A DNA stretch of 63,992 bases, the filler included, from Collodictyon triciliatum (taxonomy: Eukaryota), in NCBI GenBank assembly GCA_043381765.1. It is 28 parts of 28 records of this genome, joined end to end, with 100 filler letters (N's around TTAATTAATTAA, not from the genome) between each part and the next. Parts side by side here need not be neighbours in the genome. Positions count along the whole stretch, not along the records: positions 54,983 to 57,160 come from JBHJMP010009348.1; positions 57,261 to 59,438 come from JBHJMP010009349.1; positions 59,539 to 61,715 come from JBHJMP010009350.1; positions 61,816 to 63,992 come from JBHJMP010009352.1; 24 more parts are not named here. The stretch is one strand, 5' to 3'. A program made the position numbers and the translations under genes. A model generated the notes under the pieces. It worked only from the letters and a program-made list of their open reading frames with translations. It was not told where the DNA came from and did not search any database. Of this stretch, positions 55,140 through 63,992 are shown piece after piece (the first letter of the stretch is position 1; each line of letters starts with the position of its first letter).

Positions 55140-57030
55140 CGAATATTTTGATAGTTCACCTCAGGAGAAAAGTGGAACATGATGACAACTGATGGGATGA
55201 TGAAACTGCATATCAACCAAAAGAACAAGCGCCATCCGTCCTAACGCATACAAATAGGAAGCTTTTTTTTAATAAAAATTCTTACAAGTTTGATACGACC
55301 AACCTACCGAGAAAGAAAGCTGGAACATCCTCATTACACCGTTAGCTTTATCGATACCCTGGTCAAGGTTTCGGCGGTCTTCCGTCGTGAATGGGAAAGC
55401 AATCATTTCTATAAACCCATTTACTTAGTGCTATCTTGGTATTTGTAACCGCGCGCTATTTTTTTAAGACCAGCTTAAAATTTAAAGGGAGAAATATCAA
55501 GATGACATGAGAGGGTATCATAATCTTACGAGCAAAGTCAACTAAAAGGAGAAAAAATGTAATTGGTGCCATAATTTGGGGTTTGATTTGGTAAGTTAGC
55601 TTTTCTCCAAAAGAGGCATGAATATTTTCAGACTTCAGTGAAGTTTTCTATGATGTAGTACGCATACGAATGACCATATTAAATGAGTTGTTTGTTTTAA
55701 ATTAAAAAAAATTATCATGCAATTACAAAATTTTACATGTATGATATTCTAGTGATTGAAATATATTAAACCTTGTGGATCATGCCTGGCGGCATCGTAG
55801 GTGCCATTGAATATGACCTCGCATGAGTGTCTTGAGAGGCGGTATAAATGAAATCTTTATCCTTAATCTATGTAACGGTAAATGAAAGAAGAAATTTATG
55901 ATATTCAATAAAAATAAATGTAAAAACAAGCAAACCCCAAAATAAGTCATCAGTAATTAACAAATAATTTCTTAAAAATGTACACTGCATGTAATTGGTC
56001 CAAAGTGTCCAAAAAGAATACTACTGCAGCATTTGCCTGTTGCTGTCTCTCGATTTTCTAGCCTCTGATATACATATCTTCATATTAGACTCCCTTCGGA
56101 CTTTATCAAATACCTATGATCAAAACAATACCTCTATCTCATACACATATGTAACATATTCTATGGGTCTCATCCCTTTCTTCTTTGCATTCTCTGCCGT
56201 GTAAGTCTTGAGTCCGCTAAATACGAGCAATCCGTCTTCCACATACATGAAGCCCTATGTCACATAAGTACACCACAATTACAAAACCAAGGTATGGGTC
56301 TACTGCTCAAGAAGCTTTTCACATGAAACAATGCGTCATGCACCATGCACCATGCACCATGTCCCACATCCCACGATTGAATTCAGAATATCAAATAAGG
56401 ATAATGACCAAATAGACATATATAAGGTTTCCTAAGGTATTGATGCATCGTGGTACAAATGCAGAAAATTTCGTGGATTACATTCGCCTTGTGGGTGTCG
56501 AACTGGACTTCGGATAGATGATTGGCTATAGTCCGGAGGGCAATCCCACTCTACCATAGACATCAAATATAAAGACAATCAAAGACCGAGTAAGTCAATA
56601 AAACTATGGATAGATGTGCAATATAACCGCAGCAAACAAATAAAACAAAGACTAAAAAAAAAAAAGACTAAAAATACCAAAAGTCAAATGCACATATATA
56701 TATCAGCATCTTAGTAAACATGATTCATTCACAGAACAAGAATTGAAGTGGGTGAGATTCAGCCATACACCAATCACATTCCTATCTAAGCTGAATAGCC
56801 TAATACAATAAAATAGAAAAAAAAAGGGAAAGAAGGAAATTGCATTCTTTATGGGTCATATATGATGAAAAAAATCTAAATGGAACCTCCATATCCCACA
56901 TAATGACACTTTCATCCAAGGACGAGCTGAAGAAGAAGCTTTTGCCAGTCACATTTGCGATGGCAGTGACCATCCTGTGGTGTCCTTGGTCGCCTGAATA
57001 TTGCCTCACAGACTTGTTCGTCTCCTGGTG
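55140..57030 (-). CDS. WD40-repeat protein fragment, possibly followed by TM segments
   Basis: GHHRMVTAI..FFSSSLDESVIMWD and FIYTASQDTHARSY exons; hydrophobic exon near 55140-55220. Confidence 0.6.
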
Positions 57031-57399
57031 TGTATGTGTGCATGTGAGTGTAAGTGTAAGTGTAAGTGTAAGTGTAAGTGTAAGTGTAAGTGTAAGTGTA
57101 AGTGTAAGTGTAAGTGTAAGTGTAAGTGTAAGTGTAAGTGTAAGTGTAAGTGTAAGTGTANNNNNNNNNNNNNNNNNNNNNNNNNNNNNNNNNNNNNNNN
57201 NNNNTTAATTAATTAANNNNNNNNNNNNNNNNNNNNNNNNNNNNNNNNNNNNNNNNNNNNAAGAGAAAAAGAAAGAGAAAAAGAAAGAGAAAAAGAAAGA
57301 GAAAAAGAAAGAGAAAAAGAAAGAGAAAAAGAAAGAGAAAAAGAAAGAGAAAAAGAAAAAGAGAAAGGAGAGAAAGTGTTCTCACACGCAGACTATTCT

Positions 57400-58900
57400 A
57401 CCCGAGGTGAATCAGCTCCAACGCGATTTCTGGTTGTATTCGAGACGGACAGAAGAGCGGATAAAGTTGTCGGGTTGATAAAATTACGCACATGGCAGTT
57501 TCTTATCAAATCGATTCCGACAAGTCCTTTCAACCATCCATCTCAGACAAGGTTTACATCCTATTTCATTCCATAGGATGAGTCTTTTGAGGGGACAACG
57601 GGTCACTTTCCTTGCGTTTCTTGCTGGGCGACTCAAGCAAAAAGTGATACATCGTTGTGTGTCTGGAATTATCGGAAGTGGCGCTTGACCGTCCCCTGGC
57701 ATCGGAACCATGCGTAGCCGGCAGTGGACTTTGCTTAACCGGAGAATAGATACGCGTTTGTGGTTTTAGAGACATACGCTCCTGCTTGCTCGGGCTGTCT
57801 TTGGTGTGTGAAGTTCCAAGCTTGGATTCGGCTTGTATTGTTTGCTCTTGCGCCTTGGTTCTCGGTGCGACGGGCTGGGGCAGCATAAACGGACTATATT
57901 TGGTGGGCGCTGGTTCTTGTGTTGCCTTCGCTTTGGAGTATCCTTTCGGATGTGTAACGAAGACTGCCTTGAGGCCTCCTATGTTAACCATATTCACGTC
58001 AGTCTGAATGGGCAGTTTAAGGAGGGGATTTCTTTCGGGGTTTGGAGATGCGCTGCTCTTGGGTCTTGCGATGTGCGGGGCTTGTCCGGTGTTGGTGTTG
58101 GAGGGCTTAAATGCGAGGATTCTGAAGAGGAACCGAGATTTCCTTCCATGTCACCGTCGCTGTCGCTGTATGCGCGTATCTGTTATGCGTCTCGCGGACT
58201 CAGTTGTTGCCTGGCCTTGGCTTCCTTGACCTCGTTGCTGCTTGTCTGCTTCGCGGGTGTATTCTTTCGTTTTGTTTTTACTTATCGTTCCTTGTTCGCG
58301 GCTGGCGGACGCTCTTTGAGAATGCGCTTTGGACACTTTTTGCCCATGACCGTAAAATTTGCAGGGAGCTGGTTCTTGTGACAAAGAAGCCTCACCACGG
58401 CCGTGTCTGTGAAGAAGCCTTTGTCCTTTTTGATCTCCGTGTGGGTCAGTCTGAACGGCTTCAGCTCCTCGCGAAGGAGTTGCGGCTACACGTCCAGCGG
58501 TAGTTGGTAGAGCATTGCCGAGGTCTTTGTTGGTTTACTTCTGCTGAAGCTGATTGTAATATCGCCCAAACTTACCTGCTTCAACTCCAGAAGCTTTTGG
58601 GCGTTTTCTGCAGTGCGGAAGGCGATCAGGCAAAGGCCTCACTGTCCGGTAAGCGCAGTTGGATGGACTCTTCCCAAAGTTTGTTCGCTTTCAAGAAGGA
58701 GGCGAGCGCATCGGTGAGCCTGCGGGTCTTGTTCTTGTTGTAAACGACTTGCTCGACCCCGTGCAAAAATACTGTCCGCTCAGACAGACTTGCAGGTTGC
58801 TTTCACGCACGAGTCTTCCTAGACTTACGTGCAACTCGGAGTTTTTCTGCACCAGCGTTGGAACCAGAAGAACTGACTGCAACTTGCGAAGCCCTCAGCG
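57400..58900 (-). mobile_element. Decayed LINE ORF1 (two RRM-like domains) and possible start of ORF2 endonuclease
   Basis: LASFLKANKLWEESIQLRL..LIAFRTAENAQKLL..SAMLYQLPLDV*PQLLREEL..GFFTDTAVVRL, with stops and a frameshift; homologous to 38340-38820. LILWNEIG near 57560-57585 resembles an APE N-terminus. Confidence 0.62.
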
Positions 58901-59538
58901 GGTCGTATTTTATGCCAAGCCCACTGACTTTAGTTGCGTACGAGGCGGAGTCGTGGGTTGTTATGGAGTAGGCCTCTTCCTTTATTATATCCATATGTGG
59001 AAAATTCACCAAGTTACCTGACTCTTAAAGTTTGTTAGTGCGTCATAAACCTTAAAGATTCTCGTGTTGCTGCGCCGCTGTGCATTCATTCAGAAACTAG
59101 AGAAAATATCTTAAGTATATCATAATACTTATGTGCAAAATGAGGCTTTTCTGTCTGTGTGCCAATGTGTCAATGTGTCTATATGTGATTTCGTTTTATT
59201 TTATTCTCCTCATCTCGGCTTCTACATCGACGCAACAGCCCTTTCCGCTACAGTGGTGACCATACCAATCACTGAAAATCCCACTATCGAGTAAATCACC
59301 CACCGCTGGCTCATCCAGCACGTAAACATTGTGTCCTCGTGCTCCCTGCCCCATATTTTTTCGCAGATGGCCCGAGACCGAACCTGTGTAAATCAAATCG
59401 TTGCTCGTCTCCTGTGGCCTGAAAATCACTTCGTCCATNNNNNNNNNNNNNNNNNNNNNNNNNNNNNNNNNNNNNNNNNNNNTTAATTAATTAANNNNNN
59501 NNNNNNNNNNNNNNNNNNNNNNNNNNNNNNNNNNNNNN

Positions 59539-59633
<95 letters not shown>

Positions 59634-59912
59634 ACCTAAAGATAAAGAAAATTAGTGGCAGAATACAGCGACGGACACATTGATTTGCTTTTCTTCAGGA
59701 GCGGAAATGATCACATACTCCAAATTGCAGCATGATTGTCAGCATATATATTTTGGCTTTATTTGAGAGGCGAGGGTGTATTGCATTTGTGTAATGGAGA
59801 CGAGGCCGGTTTCGCTGCGGCGACAAGAGTCTAAAAGCGACCAAAGATAGATAGGAATGATAGACTTCAAAATGCATCATCCGGCCAAGCCGATCCAATG
59901 AGCACGTCAGTC

Positions 59913-61019
59913 CTAGCTGGCGCTTACGATGAGGATGATTATCACGAGAATAATCAATATCCCCGCTGATGCGACGTTGATTCTACCCCACGTACGGGCA
60001 CCNNNNNNNNNNNNNNNNNNNNNNNNNNNNNNNNNNNNNNNNNNNNNNNNNNNNNNNNNNNNNNNNNNNNNNNNNNNNNNNNNNNNNNNNNNNNNNNNNN
60101 NNNNNNNNNNNNNNNNNNNNNNNNNNNNNNNNNNNNNNNNNNNNNNNNNNNNNNNNNNNNNNNNNNNNNNNNNNNNNNNNNNNNNNNNNNNNNNNNNNNN
60201 NNNNNNNNNNNNNNNNNNNNNNNNNNNNNNNNNNNNNNNNNNNNNNNNNNNNNNNNNNNNNNNNNNNNNNNNNNNNNNNNNNNNNNNNNNNNNNNNNNNN
60301 NNNNNNNNNNNNNNNNNNNNNNNNNNNNNNNNNNNNNNNNNNNNNNNNNNNNNNNNNNNNNNNNNNNNNNNNNNNNNNNNNNNGGCAAAGTGTTTACGGT
60401 GTAGCATATACGACTGGTTGAGCAGTGGTAATGACAATGCCTGTAGGTTGTGTTTGCTGGTAATACACTTCGTTAGGGTTGTAAGGAGCAGCATATTGCG
60501 CTTGTGGGTATTGTGCCTGGGGATATTGTGCCTGAGGATATTGTGGGGGCATGGCACTTGGGTCCGCGCTCATCTGGGGTGGATACGGGTAGTAGGGAGC
60601 TCCATATTGGGCGGGTGGGTACGCTGCTTGAGCATAGACTACGGGCTGCTGTGCTGGATATGCTGCTTGACCGTAAGGATTGTATGGCTGCTGTCCGTCA
60701 GGAAACTGGCCTGGTTATTAATGAAGTCGTTTGAAGGGTGGTTTGCTTTTTATATGGGTTTCTGTGGTTTTGCTTTTGCTTTTGCTTTAATTTTCTTTTG
60801 TTTTCTCTTTTCTTCTTTTCTTCTTCTTTTCTTCTTTTGTTTTGTTTTGTTTTGTTTTCTCTTCTTCTTTTCTTTTCTTTTCTCTTTTCTTTTCTTTTCT
60901 CTTTTCTTTTCTTTTTTCTTTTCTTTTTTCTTTTCTTTTCTATTTTTTTCTTTTTTCTTTTCTTTCTTTTGTTTAGAATTACCGTAAGGAGTGTTAGGAG
61001 CTTCATCATTCTGACCCAT
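59913..61019 (-). CDS. Pro/Gln/Tyr-rich N-terminus plus C-terminal TM; dispanin/CD225-like (core lies in an N gap)
   Basis: MGQNDEAPNTPY | GQFPDGQQPY..PQYPQAQYPQAQY.. | gap 60003-60383 | GARTWGRINVASAGILIILVIIILIVSAS*. Confidence 0.5.
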
Positions 61020-61905
61020 CGTATCGAGGCGAATTTGGTCGGATTTTGTCGCTTGTTTGAATGATCTGTTGGTTTATGGAAGCGCTCTGTTAAGAGGGGA
61101 CAAAATCTATTCATGTTGTTATTTTATTTGGTTCTTTGGTTCTTTGTTTCTTTGACTCTTGTTTTTTATTTTATTTTATTTTTTTACTTAAAATATAACC
61201 AACCGATCTCACATAAACACAAACAACGGCATCTTCGTGTCTGAAAATCGAGGTGCTAATATGAAATACTTCTAATTTCTTTCTCAATTCTTAATGAGTC
61301 ACCAACTTGAGTGAATGAATGGTATCTGAATGATGCCTCCGCTGGCATTTCAAGCAGCCTTGGGTCGAGGCTGAGCCATTTGCAGGATTCTTGGATCGGT
61401 AGATCAATCCATGGCGTTCGTTGCGTTGACAAGGTGATTAATTGGGAGGCATGAGTTCGCGCAGCAACGTGCGAGGAAGCGCGGAGTTCCATTTTCCAGA
61501 AATGGTGGATTTGTTTTGGCTTGATAGTATCCCACATTTGGTTAACCACATGGCCGAAAGTGGATTATCTCCCAAGGGCACATGCGGGGCTGAAGAGTGG
61601 GTGCAATTCTTGCAACACATACATACATACATACATACATACATACATACATACATACATACATACATACATACATACATACATACATACATACATACAT
61701 ACATACATACATACANNNNNNNNNNNNNNNNNNNNNNNNNNNNNNNNNNNNNNNNNNNNTTAATTAATTAANNNNNNNNNNNNNNNNNNNNNNNNNNNNN
61801 NNNNNNNNNNNNNNNAATATCATGGCCTTATAAATACTAAGCTTCTTGGAAATAAACCTTCTTGCTATGCCAACTGACTGGAACATTTTCCACGGTACTG
61901 AGGTG

Positions 61906-61939
<34 letters not shown>

Positions 61940-61986
61940 AATATTTGTAAAAAAAATTAAAAAAAAAAAAAAAAAAGAAATTAAAG

Positions 61987-62017
<31 letters not shown>

Positions 62018-62026
62018 CAAAAACAG

Positions 62027-63957
62027 GAAGCAATCCGACTGAGAAACGAAAGAGATTATCTTCAAGAGCTACTTTTGTCAATTTTGCCTTTGTCAGTATA
62101 CAGTTCCATCAAATCAGGACAGACGAGCGAATACGAATATAACGAGTGGACACCAGTTGTGAGCATCCGAATATGTAACTTTGGTGAGTGCGTTCGTAAT
62201 CAAAGTGTTTCAAACCGGATGGATGTTTTAAATGGTAAGTATTTTTAAGACAGTCAATAATTTGATGCAGTATGATTAAAAAACTAAACTGTATTGATTC
62301 GGAACTGTCCTTCTAAAAAATGATGTAATTCATGAATTATACAAATTGATGCAAAAAGACCGCTTCTCCTTTCTTTTTAATGTTGTTTCAAACCCAGAAC
62401 TGTTGAATATAATTGGGGAAATAGCATTCCAGAGCGGAATGGAGGTCGTCAAGTCGATGGGAACAAATGTCATGGTCAGATAACCATTCAGTTGCATATT
62501 TGTGTCATTTTCAAAAAAAGAGAAAAAGAAAAGTAATGATAAATTTGATTTCGTCTTGTAAAGTTTGATCTATAGGTTATTTAATAGCAAAGCGAACATT
62601 CATAATTAAATATATGGAATAAATCTATATTAGGTTACTCCAAAAGAAAAGTTTTCAAAGAAACAAGACAAACTGGATACTGCTGTCCAATATTGCTTTC
62701 AGGTAGAATAGGAGCGATTACTCATATGCTTAATCGGATTATCATACATATGCCTTGTAAATACCGCGTGATTTTGGTCAATATTGCACTGAACTTGTCA
62801 TGAACGTCTAAATCACATGCTGAATCAACATATTATTTACAAAAAAAATATCTATTATTTTTGGTATAGATTCACGAAGCATTCTCTCGATTCATTGTTC
62901 CTCATAGTGATGTTCGAGTGGTGTCCAAGATGGGGATTAGTTGTGGGCCTGTTACTGGGGGGATATACGGTATTAATTAAACAGCCTATTTTCCTATTAT
63001 CTAATTGTTTTTTTTAATATAATGTGTGTGTAATTATTGAAACTCAATATCGCTTCTTTTCTTTGTTAACCAACCTAAATATAACTTCGTTAAACTCATT
63101 TGGTTTATATAGGGAGACTTCGCTTTGCTTACGATGTAATTGGTGAAGCAGGTATTAATAAATATTGAAATTGTTTGTTCTTTACGCCCTCTTTTTCTTT
63201 TTCTCTTTTTTCTTTTTCTCTTTTCTCTTTTTCTCTTTTTCTCTTTTTCTCTTTTCTCTTTTCTTTTATTCTTGTATTCTAATATTCTTCTATTCTTCTA
63301 TTCTTCTATTCTTCTATTCTTCTATTTTTCTATTTTTCTATTCTTCTATTTTTCTATTTTTCTATTTTTCTATTTTTCTATTTTTCTATTTTCTATTTTT
63401 CTATTTTTCTATTTTTCTATTTTTCTTCTTTTTCGGAATACTCGTCTTCAAAATTCAAAAAGGACTGCATATTTATTTTAGACTGTAAATCTAAGAATTT
63501 AACATGCACCCTAATCTTGCAGTCTCAAACATGCCTTTAATAATAATCAACCATAGTTGAAGAGGCCATGCTATTATCAGAATCATGCCGTGCTGGGAAA
63601 ATACGAGTGAGAGTTTCATACCGAATCTATTGAGAACGCGTTTTTTTCTTGAAACATTCTATTTCCTTTACACTAATTTAATTGGACATAATCAATTTTG
63701 TGGTTTGATGTTACTGACAACATAATACCTGAATTATTTATCTACTAATTAGAGATTTAAACATCTATGATAACTTTACATAGGTGTCGAATGGTGTATA
63801 TCACGAAATATGCAAGGCTGATAGCAAGTTATTTATTATTGAAAGGGAGAGAATTGGAGAAGAAACAGGATACTTTATCTCCGAGAACAGAAACATTTGG
63901 GCGATGTTTATGTCACACGTTGATTGGACATCGCAAACCGAGCTCCTTGCAGAATGA
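62027..63957 (+). CDS. Class III adenylate/guanylate cyclase-like domain, catalytically degenerate, 5'-partial, 7 exons
   Basis: LLLSILPLSV..VVSIRICNF | ..VVKSMGTNVM | .. | ..KMGISCGPVTGGYT | GRLRFAYDVIGEA | VEEAMLLSESCRAGKIR | VSNGVY..*. Confidence 0.8.
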
Positions 63958-63992
63958 TTGCCCGATTGCGCTATTTCCCCTCTATTTACCGA

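Noticed and set aside
59196-59438. ORF containing VYVLDEPAVG, resembling an ABC/UvrA Walker B
   Set aside because: No signature motif or H-loop in the right context and it is truncated by the contig edge; unassignable.
61905-62020. Mirror-like poly-T/poly-A blocks forming apparent hairpins
   Set aside because: These are homopolymer tracts in an intron, likely low-quality sequence.

Overview
This window is not one locus. It is 28 unlinked contigs of about 2.2 kb each, joined by 100-nt spacers (44 N + TTAATTAATTAA + 44 N), from an intron-rich, microsatellite-rich microbial eukaryote with GT-AG introns and the standard code. Most contigs break at simple-sequence repeats and carry partial spliced genes: RasGAP, cyclin, nicalin, CDP-DAG synthase, nucleotide-sugar transporter, EB1, two RhoGAPs, acyl-CoA oxidase, GalE, an RBR-type E3, an NHL-repeat protein, class II fumarase, a SAM methyltransferase, a Myb-like protein, a WD40 protein, a dispanin-like protein and a degenerate class III cyclase. 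Four features stand out. (1) A decayed Fanzor (eukaryotic TnpB-like RNA-guided nuclease) retains all three RuvC acidic residues and is followed by four tandem hairpins, a candidate omegaRNA scaffold, just upstream of nicalin. (2) An LRR gene is built from 12 consecutive 69-nt, phase-1, one-repeat-per-exon cassettes. (3) An L1-like LINE family can be pieced together from fragments, including very short 3'-end insertions with TSDs and a filled/empty site pair. (4) A phage/giant-virus-type HNH endonuclease ORF is followed by a 16-bp perfect hairpin. All calls come from manual translation and motif recognition; no searches were run.
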